Assembly: GCA_001919715.1 (NCBI GenBank)
Contig: MNIJ01000008.1
Coordinates: 1-51,597 of the forward strand
From: Acidobacteria bacterium 13_1_20CM_58_21
GTDB taxonomy: Bacteria; Acidobacteriota; Terriglobia; Acidiferrales; UBA7541
Length of the DNA: 51,597 bases
Reading direction: 5' to 3'
A model generated the notes under the pieces. The model was not told the origin of the DNA. It saw only the letters and a list, made by a program, of their open reading frames with translations, and ran no database searches. Made by a program: the position numbers and the translations under genes. Shown here in pieces: positions 9,944 to 20,467 of this stretch. Numbering within the stretch: position 1 is the first letter of the stretch; the number at the start of each line of letters is the position of its first letter.

Positions 9944-10582
9944 TCAGTCTTTCCCCCCAAACGATGCCAGAAGTTTTTCCACCCGGGCCCTCCGCCGCGC
10001 GCTGGTGCAGCGCAAAGCGGTAATGATCGCCTGCGCTTCGCGTCCCGCGCGTTCCACGTCCTCATTCATCACGCAAAAATCGTAATACTTGCCCAACTGC
10101 GCAATTTCGTCGCGCGCCTGTGCCAGTCGTCGCGCGATCTCTTCGCTTGAATCCTGTCCACGGTCGCGCAGCCTGCGCTCCAGTTCCTCGCGCGACGGCG
10201 GCAAGATGAAAATCGCCTCCGCATCTGGGAGCTGTTGTTTCACCTGCGCCGCGCCTTGAACATCGATCTCCAGCACCAAATCGACTCCCTTTTTCCGCGA
10301 TTCTTCCAGCCACTTCCTCGGCGTGCCGTAAGAATACTTTCCGAAGACTCGCGCGTACTCCAGGAATTCTCCGCGCGCGACCATGGCCTCGAATTCCTCT
10401 TCCGTCACAAAATCATAGCACTTCCCGCTGGCCTCGGTCGCGCGGCGCGCCCGTGTAGTACATGAGATCGATGGCATGGTGCCGGGCAGTTCCAGGATTC
10501 GCTGCACCAAAGTCGATTTTCCTGATCCCGACGGCCCGGACACGATCAACACCAGCGGCGCAGTCTCTGTCCCCGTCTTCAT
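9944..10582 (-). CDS. gmk: Guanylate kinase
   Basis: SGPSGSGKSTL, SCTTRARR, FLEYARV..YGT, LEIDVQGA, FILPPS. Confidence 0.97.
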   Translation of the reverse strand: MKTGTETAPLVLIVSGPSGSGKSTLVQRILELPGTMPSISCTTRARRATEASGKCYDFVTEEEFEAMVARGEFLEYARVFGKYSYGTPRKWLEESRKKGVDLVLEIDVQGAAQVKQQLPDAEAIFILPPSREELERRLRDRGQDSSEEIARRLAQARDEIAQLGKYYDFCVMNEDVERAGREAQAIITALRCTSARRRARVEKLLASFGGKD

Positions 10583-11517
10583 TCGATGTTTTGCACCTGC
10601 TCCCGCAGTTTCTCGATCTCCGCCTTGATCTCCAGCGCCAAGCCCGTGATTGCCAACGCTTCGCTTTCCACACCGGGCGTTTTTGACAGCATCGTATTCG
10701 CCTCGCGATGCATTTCCTGCAAGAGAAAATCCAGCTTCTTTCCCATCTCGCCCGCGCCGTCAAGCAATTTCCCGAACTGCTGCAAGTGGCTCGTCAGCCG
10801 GTCCAATTCTTCACTGATATCGCTGCGTTCCGCAAGCAGCGCCGCTTCCTGAGCAAGCCGCGCCGGATCGATGCCCGTCCCGCCCAGCAATTCCTTGAGT
10901 TTGGCATCGAGGCGACGTGAGAACGCCGGCCGCAGTGTCGTGGCGAGTCCGCGCACTTGCCCAACATGACCGCTGATTCGAGTCAGGCGATTGCGCAACT
11001 CCTCGACCAGATGACGCCCTTCCGCCCTCCGCATATCATCCAGCTTTGCCAGCGCGTCCCGCAACCCTCCGTCCAACAATCGTCCAAGCCGCTCTTGCTG
11101 TTCTTCCCCCTCCGGCACGGCGGCGGTGACACCAGTGATCACTCCGGGCAGTCGCAACAGCGCGACAACGTCCATATCCGTTGCCGCTCTCGTTTCCTGC
11201 CGCAGCGCTTCCGCCGCTTTCAGATACGATTGCACCAAATCCTTATTTACCTGTACCGGCGCGGCGTTCCCAGGTTCTACGCCCACGGTCACTTCCACGT
11301 GTCCGCGGTGAATCTTTTCGCGCACGATCTGCCGCAACCGCAGCTCGTACAGATCAAATCCCTCCGGCATCCGCAGCTTGAGATCCAGGAACCTGTGGTT
11401 GACGCTCTTGACGCTGACGCGCACCGCCCAGCCATCCTGCTGGGCGCGCGCTTGTGCGTAGCCGGTCATCGAGAAACATTCGATTTTTTTTGTTGGTACT
11501 GGAATCGTTTGGCTCAT
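10579..11517 (-). CDS. yicC: YicC/YloC family endoribonuclease
   Basis: SMTGYA, KSVNHRFLDL, DISEELDRL, GKKLDFLLQEMHREANT, EKLREQVQNIE; ATG overlaps the upstream stop (ATGA). Confidence 0.95.
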   Translation of the reverse strand: MSQTIPVPTKKIECFSMTGYAQARAQQDGWAVRVSVKSVNHRFLDLKLRMPEGFDLYELRLRQIVREKIHRGHVEVTVGVEPGNAAPVQVNKDLVQSYLKAAEALRQETRAATDMDVVALLRLPGVITGVTAAVPEGEEQQERLGRLLDGGLRDALAKLDDMRRAEGRHLVEELRNRLTRISGHVGQVRGLATTLRPAFSRRLDAKLKELLGGTGIDPARLAQEAALLAERSDISEELDRLTSHLQQFGKLLDGAGEMGKKLDFLLQEMHREANTMLSKTPGVESEALAITGLALEIKAEIEKLREQVQNIE

Positions 11518-13388
11518 AAGGAATCCGATCGAACATTCAGCTTTCCCGGTGCGGCCGGCGCCAGCATGGCGTCGTCCGCAAACTGCAGATCGTGAAGCCG
11601 GGCATACGTTCCGCCCCGGGCTATCAATTCCGTGTGCGTTCCGCTTTCGCGAATTTGCCCGTCCTCCAAGACGAGAATCCTGTCCGCGCGGCGAATTGTC
11701 GAGAGGCGATGCGCGATTACAAACGTGGTTCGTCCAACCATCAGGTTGGCGAGCGCCTTCTGCACGAACATCTCGGACTCCGCGTCCAGCTCCGAGGTGG
11801 CTTCGTCCAAGATCAGAATCGGCGAATCTTTCAGGATCGCGCGGGCGATGGCGATGCGCTGTCTCTGTCCGCCGCTCAAGCGCGTTCCCCGTTCGCCAAT
11901 CAGTGTGTCGTACTTTTGTGGGAGCTCCAAGATGAAATCGTGCGCCAGCGCGGCCTGCGCTGCAGCGGTGACTCTTTCCGCAGGGATATCTGTCAACCCA
12001 TAGCAAATATTGTTCCAGACGGTGTCGTGAAACAGGATATTCTCCTGCGCCACCATGGCGATCTGCTCGCGAAGGGACTTGATCGTCACAGCGCGAACGT
12101 CGACGCCATCGATACGAATTGCGCCTGACGTGGGCTCATAGAATCGCGGCAGCAAATTCACTAACGTCGTTTTCCCAGCCCCGCTCGATCCCACAAGCGC
12201 AATCACTTCTCCGCAGCGTGCACGGAAATAAATCCGCTCGAGCACCTGAGTCGAATCGGCGTCATATGCAAAACCCACGTTCTCAAAAACGATTTCCCGC
12301 GAAAACGGAGCCAGCGATCTCGCGCCCGGTTGCTCGCTCTGCTCTTCTGCCCGGTCGAGATAAGCAAACACCTGCATGCTGGCACCCTGCGCGAGCTGAA
12401 ATTGCTGATACACCTGGCCGATGCGCTTCAGCGGCATGTAGGCATTAAACATGGCAAAAAGAAACGCAATAAAAATTCCTGGGGTCATCAGACCGTGCTT
12501 GATCTGATCACGAGCATACAAAATGAGCAGCGGTATGACCAGGGCCCCCAGCAAATCCATCGTCGGCCCGGTAGCCACCGCAGCTCGCACCCAGCGCATA
12601 TTTTCACGCAGCAGCCGTTGCGCCGTATGTTTGAATTTGGCGATTTCAAAATCCTCCATTCCGAAGGCCTTCACAACGCGATTTCCGCTGACCGTCTCCT
12701 GCAGGATCTGGCTGAGGTCCCCAAGCCTGGTCTGGCTGTTTTCCGAAGAGCGGCGAATCTTCTTTCCCAGTTTTCCCACCGGCACGATGACCAGAGGCAC
12801 CAAAATGGCCGAGCCCAGCGCCATCTTCCAGTTCAGCACCACGATGACCACCAGAAATACCATCAGCGTGAACCCTTTTTGGAACAGGTCGGCCAGGTAT
12901 TCCGAGAGCGCGATGCGCGTCCGCTCCACGTCGTTGATGGTGGTGGAAAGCAAGCGCCCCGTCGGATTGCTCTGAAAAAATCCAATCGGCTGGCGAATGA
13001 TCTTGGCGTACACCTGATTGCGCAGCCTGGTCACCGCAGCTTGCCCCACGTACTGGATCTGGGTGACACCCACATACTCCGCGATGCCTTTCGCGACGTA
13101 AAGAAAGACCACCGTCAGGGCAAAAATCGTCCACACATGGTGGATACTGCGCGGAAAAAATCGGTTGAGATAGATCGTATAACCGTTGGGAAATGTCACC
13201 AGTGGCAGTATCGAACCGACCACGGAGGGGTTAAGGACGTAATCAAATCCCGGCCGGAGCATCAGCGCCACAATACCGTCCGCCAGCGCGGTGATGGCCA
13301 CCAACACCACGCCCACCGCCAGCCGAAAGGAATACGGCCGCACGTAACTCAGCAATCGCTTCCATTGCGGTGATAACAACGAGGCCAT
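11514..13388 (-). CDS. msbA: MsbA-like lipid A/ABC exporter (permease plus ATPase)
   Basis: N-terminal TM domain, GSSGAGKTT, LSGGQRQR, ILDEATS; context with lpt genes. Confidence 0.85.
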   Translation of the reverse strand: MASLLSPQWKRLLSYVRPYSFRLAVGVVLVAITALADGIVALMLRPGFDYVLNPSVVGSILPLVTFPNGYTIYLNRFFPRSIHHVWTIFALTVVFLYVAKGIAEYVGVTQIQYVGQAAVTRLRNQVYAKIIRQPIGFFQSNPTGRLLSTTINDVERTRIALSEYLADLFQKGFTLMVFLVVIVVLNWKMALGSAILVPLVIVPVGKLGKKIRRSSENSQTRLGDLSQILQETVSGNRVVKAFGMEDFEIAKFKHTAQRLLRENMRWVRAAVATGPTMDLLGALVIPLLILYARDQIKHGLMTPGIFIAFLFAMFNAYMPLKRIGQVYQQFQLAQGASMQVFAYLDRAEEQSEQPGARSLAPFSREIVFENVGFAYDADSTQVLERIYFRARCGEVIALVGSSGAGKTTLVNLLPRFYEPTSGAIRIDGVDVRAVTIKSLREQIAMVAQENILFHDTVWNNICYGLTDIPAERVTAAAQAALAHDFILELPQKYDTLIGERGTRLSGGQRQRIAIARAILKDSPILILDEATSELDAESEMFVQKALANLMVGRTTFVIAHRLSTIRRADRILVLEDGQIRESGTHTELIARGGTYARLHDLQFADDAMLAPAAPGKLNVRSDSL

Positions 13389-13418
13389 GCTCGAGGCTCC
13401 CTGATTTACCCACTTAGT

Positions 13419-13447
13419 ACGCTATGCGCCGCGCAGCGGCGTGTCAA
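13419..13447 (-). promoter_or_regulatory. Sigma70-type promoter for the msbA-yicC-gmk-rpoZ-coaBC unit
   Basis: TTGACA (13447-13442), 17 bp, TAGCGT (13424-13419), about 30 nt above the msbA start. Confidence 0.55.
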
Positions 13448-13494
13448 GTTTCCACCGCCGGTCGAACGCGGCGTGGTGCGGCGTACTGGATCGC

Positions 13495-14370
13495 TTACTT
13501 ATCGATATCGCGGTGCACGACTTTGGCGGAAAATCCGCGCTTCGCCAGCAACTTCTTCACCGACTCCGCGAGCATTACCGAGCGGTGTTTCCCGCCGGTG
13601 CATCCGAACGCAATGGTCAGATAACTTTTTCCCTCGCGGATGTAATGCGGAATTAAATAGGTCAGCAAGCCTTCGATGCGACGCAGGAATTCCCCGGTCT
13701 GCGGAAACGACCGGATATACCGCCGCACTTTTAGGTCTTTGCCCGTGAAGGGACGCAACCGCGGCACGAAATGTGGATTGGGCAGAAATCGAACGTCGAG
13801 AACCAGGTCCGCATCCGACGGCACGCCGAAGCGGTATCCAAAACTCACGACCGAAACCAGCATCGGCCGTTTGTCCGGATTCTTGAATCTCGCGGTGACG
13901 AAGTTGCGCAATTCATGCACGTTGAATTGCGTCGTTTCAATGACCACGTCCGCGAGCTTGCGGATTGGCGCCATCAGCGCACGTTCCTGCGATAAGCTTT
14001 CCCGTACGGAAAAATTCTTTCCCAGAGGATGCGGGCGGCGAGTCTCGCTGTATCGCCGCAGGAGGGCATCCTCGTTGGCTTCGATGAAAACAAGCGTGAT
14101 GGGATGTTCTTTTTTCAGGTGTTTCAGAAGGGGCGGCAATTTTTCCAGTTGCATGCCCTCGCGCGCGTCTACCAGCAGAGCCGCCCGCGCAAAGTCTCCT
14201 TCACCCGCCGCGTGCAATTCCGCAAAGATTGGGATGATCTCCACGGGAAGATTGTCCACGCAGTAGAAGCCCATGTCCTCGAAAGCGTGTAACACGGTAC
14301 TTTTACCGGAACCGGAAAGTCCGGTAAGGATGACAAGTTGCCGTGCGTCGTAGAGCGTCTGCGGCTTCAC
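13495..14370 (-). CDS. rapZ: RNase adapter RapZ / YvcJ P-loop protein
   Basis: TGLSGSGKS, CVDNLP, RRYSETRRPHPL, SFGYRFGVP, DVRFLPNP, GCTGGKHRSV. Confidence 0.96.
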   Translation of the reverse strand: MKPQTLYDARQLVILTGLSGSGKSTVLHAFEDMGFYCVDNLPVEIIPIFAELHAAGEGDFARAALLVDAREGMQLEKLPPLLKHLKKEHPITLVFIEANEDALLRRYSETRRPHPLGKNFSVRESLSQERALMAPIRKLADVVIETTQFNVHELRNFVTARFKNPDKRPMLVSVVSFGYRFGVPSDADLVLDVRFLPNPHFVPRLRPFTGKDLKVRRYIRSFPQTGEFLRRIEGLLTYLIPHYIREGKSYLTIAFGCTGGKHRSVMLAESVKKLLAKRGFSAKVVHRDIDK

Positions 14371-14382
14371 TGGTGATGCCGC

Positions 14383-15825
14383 TCAGCTCTTTTCCCGCCG
14401 TTGGTGAGTGCTGGGAATTCTCATGTCTTCGCGGTACTTCGCGACCGTCCGCCTAGTGACGTGAATGCCCGCATCGTCCAGCTTCTTGGCGATCTGTTCG
14501 TCGGTCAGTGGCTTCGCGGAATCTTCCTCTTCAATCATTTTCTTAACCAGCCGCTTAAGCGTCAGCAGCGACATCCCGCCGCCCTCCGGCCCATTTACGG
14601 ACTCGCTGAAGAACGACCGCAGCTCCAGCACACCTTGTGAAGTGTGCGCATACTTGCTGGCCACTGCGCGGCTCACCGTCGAGGGGTGCACGCCGACCTC
14701 TTCGGCCACTTCCTTGATCATCATGGGCTTCAGCGCATCCTGCCCGTGATCGAGGAATTCGCCCTGGCGCGCGATGATCGACTGGCACACGCGCAGGATG
14801 GTGTGTTTTCGCTGTTCGATGTTCTTCATCAACTGGACCGCGGCCGTAAACCGTTCCTTTACGTAGTTGCGCACGTCGCGGTCCGCGGCATCTTTGACCA
14901 GTAGCCGCCGGTACGTGGGGCTCAGCCGGAGTTGAGGCATGTCGTCTTCATTCAAGAACGCCTGCCACTGATCATCCACTTTGCGGAAGTAGACGTCCGG
15001 CTCAACGAGGCGCGGCTCCGTCTTGTTGTAACGCAGCCCGGGCCGGGGATCGAGCTTCTTGATAACCTCCAGAGCGCGCTTCAGGACTTCCAGCGGCCGG
15101 TTTAAGGCCCGCGCGATCTCTTTCAACTGGTTCGATTGCACTTGCTTCAGATGCTCGGAAACGATCTGCTGGGCCAACGTGTTTTGCGGATCAAAGGCTT
15201 TCAACTGCCGCAGCAGGCATTCACGCAGGTCCCGCGCGCCCACTCCGATCGGGTCGAAGTCCTGTACCACGGCCAGCGCGTCATCCAGGTCATCCTGCGA
15301 ATACTTTCCGTTCTGTGTCAGTTCTTCGGTGGAAGCCGTCAGATAGCCGTTCTCGTCCAGATTGCCGATGATGCTGTCGGCGATCTCTTTTACCGCGTCC
15401 GAACAGATGGTGACGCTCAATTGCCACTGGAGATGGTCGGTCAACCCGCTCGGTGAAGAGAGGAACTTTTCAAAGGAGGGCCGCTCGGAAACTTCGCGCT
15501 CTTGCGATTGACCGCCGTCCCCACCGGTATCCAGGTACTGGTTGAAGAAGGTTCCCACGTCAAACTCGTCAAAGGGATTGGCCTCGGGTTTCTCGGGGAC
15601 TTTTTCTGTTTCTGCTTTCAGGAAGGTTTCGTCGCTGTAGTTGTCAGTTTGCGTGGGTTCCTCGCTCTGCTCTTCCAAGACCGGGTTAGCGATCATCTCC
15701 TGGTTGATCATTTCCCGCAGTTCCAACCGGTTCAGCGCGAGGACGCTCACCATCTGCACGAGGCCGGGCGTCAGAATCTGCTTCTGCGCCACTCGGAGGT
15801 TGAGTTTGAGTCCCTGCCAGGCCAT
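14383..15825 (-). CDS. rpoN: RNA polymerase sigma-54 factor
   Basis: Gln/Leu-rich region I, DPIGVGARDLRECL, HPSTVSRAV, RpoN box (T)RRTVAKYRE. Confidence 0.98.
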   Translation of the reverse strand: MAWQGLKLNLRVAQKQILTPGLVQMVSVLALNRLELREMINQEMIANPVLEEQSEEPTQTDNYSDETFLKAETEKVPEKPEANPFDEFDVGTFFNQYLDTGGDGGQSQEREVSERPSFEKFLSSPSGLTDHLQWQLSVTICSDAVKEIADSIIGNLDENGYLTASTEELTQNGKYSQDDLDDALAVVQDFDPIGVGARDLRECLLRQLKAFDPQNTLAQQIVSEHLKQVQSNQLKEIARALNRPLEVLKRALEVIKKLDPRPGLRYNKTEPRLVEPDVYFRKVDDQWQAFLNEDDMPQLRLSPTYRRLLVKDAADRDVRNYVKERFTAAVQLMKNIEQRKHTILRVCQSIIARQGEFLDHGQDALKPMMIKEVAEEVGVHPSTVSRAVASKYAHTSQGVLELRSFFSESVNGPEGGGMSLLTLKRLVKKMIEEEDSAKPLTDEQIAKKLDDAGIHVTRRTVAKYREDMRIPSTHQRREKS

Positions 15826-15854
15826 GGATGGTCCCGTGTTTTCCTTTTCTAGCC

Positions 15855-16580
15855 CTAGTTCAGGCGGAAATGATCCCCCAAATAAACGCGCCGGACTTCG
15901 GCATCGTTGCTTAATTCGTCCGGGCGGCCCTTCCGGAATATTTTCCCACTTTTCAGGATGTACGCGCGATCCGTCACACTGAGAGTTTCCCGGACGTTAT
16001 GATCGGTAATCAGCACGCCAATTCCCGACTTGGCCAGATCCCGGATGGTTTCCTGAAGATCCTTGACCGTTAGAGGGTCGATTCCCGAAAAAGGTTCGTC
16101 GAGAAGAACAAAAGAAGGTTGCAGGGTAAGAGATCGCGCGATCTCCAGCCGGCGGCGCTCTCCGCCGGAAAGCGTGTAAGCCTTGCTGGTTCTCACCGTT
16201 TCGAGTCCCATCTGCACCAGGAGCTCCTCCAGCCTGTCGCGCTGCTGTTCCGGGGTCAGCGGAAGCGTTTCCAGCACGGCGAGCAGATTCTCTTCGCTGG
16301 TCAATTGGCGAAAAACGGAGGGTTCCTGAGGAAGGTAACTGATTCCACTGCGAGCCCGGAGGTACATGGGAAGATCCGTGATTTCGTCGTCGTTGAGGAG
16401 TACCCGGCCCGCGTCGGGCCGCGCAAGACCCACCAGGATATAAAATGTTGTCGTCTTGCCAGCCCCGTTTGGGCCGAGCAGTCCGACGACTTCACCCTGC
16501 CCGATCTCCAGTTCAACGTCGTCAACAACCTTACGGCCGCGGTACGACTTGCTCAAATCGACGGCCTGGAGCTTCAGCAT
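15855..16580 (-). CDS. lptB: LPS export ABC transporter ATP-binding protein
   Basis: [50 protein letters not shown]; upstream of rpoN. Confidence 0.97.
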   Translation of the reverse strand: MLKLQAVDLSKSYRGRKVVDDVELEIGQGEVVGLLGPNGAGKTTTFYILVGLARPDAGRVLLNDDEITDLPMYLRARSGISYLPQEPSVFRQLTSEENLLAVLETLPLTPEQQRDRLEELLVQMGLETVRTSKAYTLSGGERRRLEIARSLTLQPSFVLLDEPFSGIDPLTVKDLQETIRDLAKSGIGVLITDHNVRETLSVTDRAYILKSGKIFRKGRPDELSNDAEVRRVYLGDHFRLN

Positions 16581-16612
16581 ACCTCTTCACGGGCGGCCGC
16601 GGCGGAGTTGCG

Positions 16613-19006
16613 TCACTTCTCGACTCGGTGCCTCGTCAACGTCCGCGGACCATTTTCTGAGTCGACGATGATCGTATCATCCGCTAAAAAGAAGGTCAAT
16701 TGACGACCCGTAGTGGTCCCTTCCACGGCATCGTAAATCGTGGGATTTCCGCCGCTCATAACGAATTTTCCGTCCGCAGCGCTGTATTCTCCGCGCTCGG
16801 CTGTGGCTTTCCTGGTCCCTTGCTCAACAATTACGCCGCCCGTGCCAACCGCCCGGCTGATCTGTTGGGCGCCGGCCGCCGGACTTGCCGCAGAGGATCC
16901 AATGGCCACGTTCGAATTGGGCTTCTCGGCTCTCGTAAAATATAAGTCCACCGCCGCGGCGCGCATCTTTTGCTCCGCCGCTTGCGCCACCACGTTCTTC
17001 TCCAGATGCGTGCGGCCCTCTGCGTCGCGGTAGGTCAGTGTTCCCGCCGTTACATGCCACAACCTTGGCTTCTTCGGCCCGGGTTGCACGGCCACGGTTT
17101 CGGCCGGCAATGGCCCCGCGGCTTGCGGGAAAACGGCGCGAACATTTCCTACGGCATTCATCACCCGCTCCTCGCGCAGCAGCTCGATCGAATCCGCTTG
17201 CATCACCGAATCGCCCTGCCACAAACGCGCATGTCCCGTGTACAAAGCTCTTCCCGTTTTCGAATTCGCCTGCATGGCGTCCGCAGAAATGTTCGCAGGA
17301 AGGGCGGCAAGTTGCGCTCCGCTCCCTCCTGTGGAAAAATCGGTCGACCGAACACCTCCCTCGGCACGAATCTCTCCGGTAGTCTGGACAAAGGTGATCC
17401 GCGGCGCCTGCGTCTCCGCGGTTGTGTCGCGCGCCAGCGCCTTTCCCGTTAGCAGAACCGTTTGCGTGGCCCGGACAAACGTCGCGTGGTCCGCTTGCAC
17501 ACTCCGGTGGCCCTCCTTCAGTCTTACCTCTCCCTGCAGATCCATCTGCGACCATCCGCCGCTCGCTAACAGGTGAGCCACTCCGTTATGCGCGGTTGCT
17601 GTTTGTAGGGGCTTGCCAGCCGCCGCCCGCTCCGTCAATACGTTGCCGGCCGCCACTAGCTGTCTCGCCTTGCCCTCCTCTCCGAATTGCATTTCGAGTT
17701 TATCCGCCTGCAGTTTTGTGTGCGCAGCCTCGCTGCTCGCGGGAGGGCCCGGCGTTCCCGTTTGCCGCTCTGCATCCGTCCATTCGATACTCCCCGTCCC
17801 TAGGGTCTCTGCTCGTTTGGGCTTGCTGCCCTGGCCTTTTTTTCCATCGGCGAATTCCACAAGCAATTCGCGCGTTTGCAGCATTCTGGCCTCACCCGAC
17901 GTGTCTGATTGCGTGGTCAGCTGCACGCTACCTCTTAAGTTCATTTGTCTCGGCCGGTTTACCTTCGCCCACAGCTCCATCGTGCCGTGCTCCGCGCGGA
18001 AGTCATCTACCTCTTTTCCGGTGCGCCGCGAACCGCGCACGTCTCCCGCTCCCTCGATGATCGTCAGCCACCCCTCGGGCGAAAACTGGGCCGTGATTGT
18101 CACTGCGCTCAGATTTGTCGAACCATCGGCTCCCCGAGATTCCAATTCCGGGTTTTTCCCGTCCGGTCCCGGCGTAACCACCAGTTTCTCCGCGCGATAC
18201 GCCGCGTCTAGCGAGAGAGTCAGCTTTCCCGCACGCAAATGCGCTGTGTGGGTATTCGCTTCCACCGGTCCGTACAATCGCATTGCCCGGGAGTCCCGCT
18301 CAAAATCGAGGCTCTTCCCAGTCACGCGAATAGGTTCTTTCGCATTCGCACCCGCCGTCTTTTTCTCCGCGATGTCATTCCTCGGCGGTACCAGAGAAAA
18401 CTGCACATCTCTCAGCAGCCGCACCGTCCCTTCTTCGGAGTGATATTCGACTCCTACGGCTTCCCCATGCCCATTCGGAAAGACGAACTTCACGGGTTGC
18501 TCCGTCCGCGCCATCCCACTGGCGTGGCTGAAGACCACGCCGCGGGTCTCCACGTGAACTTTCTGCTGTACCGTTATCCCCCGATTTTTTGCGGCTCGCT
18601 CGGCTTCCGCCTTGCTCTCCAGGTCGATCTGCACTTCGCCGCTGCATGCCATGCTTCCGCCCTCTTTTTCGTACTGGCAGCTTCGCGTATGAATGGTGTC
18701 GTACCGCTCTCCTTTCTTTCCAAAGATCGTGATCTTCACGTCTTCCAGCAAGCTGGCCTCCTTGCCCTTGAAATCTGTGGCCTTCGACGCCTCCACCGTG
18801 AAGATCTTTTGGTTTCCTTCCATCTTCGAAAAGGTGAGCCCGTTCGAGCTGCGCGTCACACCTTGCGGAGCCGGCGGAGGCGCCTTTTGCTTTTCTCGAT
18901 GCGCGACCCATTGGCGGTCCAGATACACCCCCACGGTCAGACTTGCCAGTAGCAACGCCGCCACCGCAGACCAGCGCGCATACTTCGCCGCTTCGCTTCG
19001 CTTCAT
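16613..19006 (-). CDS. lptC: LPS export periplasmic protein, long LptC plus LptA/OstA-like multi-jellyroll protein
   Basis: Single N-terminal TM anchor; repeated beta-strand motifs (ADHATF, YTGHARLWQG, ATAERGEY, LSGGNP-like); directly upstream of lptB. Confidence 0.8.
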   Translation of the reverse strand: MKRSEAAKYARWSAVAALLLASLTVGVYLDRQWVAHREKQKAPPPAPQGVTRSSNGLTFSKMEGNQKIFTVEASKATDFKGKEASLLEDVKITIFGKKGERYDTIHTRSCQYEKEGGSMACSGEVQIDLESKAEAERAAKNRGITVQQKVHVETRGVVFSHASGMARTEQPVKFVFPNGHGEAVGVEYHSEEGTVRLLRDVQFSLVPPRNDIAEKKTAGANAKEPIRVTGKSLDFERDSRAMRLYGPVEANTHTAHLRAGKLTLSLDAAYRAEKLVVTPGPDGKNPELESRGADGSTNLSAVTITAQFSPEGWLTIIEGAGDVRGSRRTGKEVDDFRAEHGTMELWAKVNRPRQMNLRGSVQLTTQSDTSGEARMLQTRELLVEFADGKKGQGSKPKRAETLGTGSIEWTDAERQTGTPGPPASSEAAHTKLQADKLEMQFGEEGKARQLVAAGNVLTERAAAGKPLQTATAHNGVAHLLASGGWSQMDLQGEVRLKEGHRSVQADHATFVRATQTVLLTGKALARDTTAETQAPRITFVQTTGEIRAEGGVRSTDFSTGGSGAQLAALPANISADAMQANSKTGRALYTGHARLWQGDSVMQADSIELLREERVMNAVGNVRAVFPQAAGPLPAETVAVQPGPKKPRLWHVTAGTLTYRDAEGRTHLEKNVVAQAAEQKMRAAAVDLYFTRAEKPNSNVAIGSSAASPAAGAQQISRAVGTGGVIVEQGTRKATAERGEYSAADGKFVMSGGNPTIYDAVEGTTTGRQLTFFLADDTIIVDSENGPRTLTRHRVEK

Positions 19007-19075
19007 GTCTTCAGTTAAACAAAATTTCGGCGGAGTGTATAGAAGATGGAATGTTCGTTCAGAAACAGGGGTGCA

Positions 19076-20126
19076 TTAACCGGCCGACTCGGCGCTGGCC
19101 ACAGGATTCGGCAAAATCCCGATATTCGCTGCGGCGACGCTGTCGCGCTTCGTATTCTTCACCAGGTACATGGCCTCATCAGCGAGGTGCAGCAATCCTT
19201 CCTTGGTTCGCGAATCCACGGGATAGGACGCCACGCCCACGCTGGGCGTCAGCCGGATGTTCAACCCTTCCGGCACAAGCCAGATGGCCTCACGCACCAA
19301 TTTATGTAAACGGCGCGCCACGTTCAACGCATTCTCTTTCGATGTCTGCGGCAGTAGGACTACAAACTCATCCCCGCCATAACGGAACGCGAAATCGATC
19401 AACCGGCAGTGCTCCTTCAGCGCATTTCCGATCTCCGCCAGCAGCCGGGAGCCCACCAGGTGCCCGTGCGTATCGTTTACTTGCTTGAAATGGTCCAGGT
19501 CGATGAAAACGATCGAGAATTCGTAGTTGTAGCGCTGCGAACGGTAGATCTCCGTCTCCAGAATGAAGCCCATGTGCCGCGCGTTATAAAGCGAAGTGCA
19601 GTCGTCGGTGATGGTCAGCTCGTGAATTTTCTTCACGTGCCGGGCGTTCTCCAGGGCAATGGCCGCAAAGTCCGAAAGCGCCTCGAGCAGCTTCAGGTCC
19701 CGCGGATCGAATCCCTCCGGACCGATGCAATTGATGAGCTCGATCACTCCCAGGCAAGTGTCGCGAAACCTCACCGGCACCGCGACGATCGACTGCGTCT
19801 CGGTCTTGGTCTTCTCGTCAGCCCGCAATTCCCTGCCCCATCTTGATCCGTACGTCCTTCAGCGCCTGCGAGGCTTTCCCCACCGCCAGCTCAAAGTACA
19901 GTTCCTGCTTGGCCTCATCCAGCAGCAGCAGCGACCAATTGTCCGGGCGCAGAAATTCATCGATCTTCTCCATAATCGTGCGGAGAACTTGATCGAGTTG
20001 CAGCGAAGACGTCAGCGCCTTCCCCAACTCCTGGAAGACGGCAACCTCTCCCTTTTCCCGCTGTTCGGACGGCACCGCAGGATTGCGGCGACGTTCGACG
20101 GCCGGAAACTGGTTTACTTCCTCCAC
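19076..20126 (-). pseudogene. GAF-GGDEF diguanylate cyclase split by an internal deletion/frameshift near 19820
   Basis: ORF 19818-20126 gives the GAF start up to GQGIAG then stops; ORF 19076-19828 resumes ADEKTKTETQSIVAVP and has IDLDHFKQVNDTHGH, RxxD (RLID) and RYGGDEF. Confidence 0.85.
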
Positions 20127-20334
20127 TCGCGTTTCTTCCTCTCCCTTGCGATTCCACGCCTAGCAATGCCCGCTCCCAGTCCTGGCAGGCGTATTATCGC
20201 CGAGAAACACAAACCCGACCGATTCTCACGAACCGTAGGGGAATCTCCGCCAGTATAGGCCTCTCCGAAAAAACCATGCAACCCGCTCGTGGTGCAGGCG
20301 TGGCTATCTCGCCATCCTTGCCCTGGCTCTCGTA

Positions 20335-20356
20335 ATGCCGACCTTCAGGCCGGCAT
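20335..20356. repeat. REP-like palindrome
   Basis: ATGCCGACC-TTCA-GGCCGGCAT hairpin preceded by GTA, intergenic. Confidence 0.45.
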
Positions 20357-20467
20357 TTGCACGCGGCTGGCGGCCTGGCAGGTCGCAGCGCTTCGGGAGC
20401 ATTCAGAGCCTCTGCAGATCGACCGGCGCGCTCCAAGGCGTCCATTACACTCCGCCTCCGGCGTCTG

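Noticed and set aside
10579-12006. ORF-track N-terminal extensions of yicC (also priA, nupC, NAMPT, cdd, rpoZ)
   Set aside because: The extensions overlap neighbouring genes or promoters; family homology starts at the downstream starts used above.
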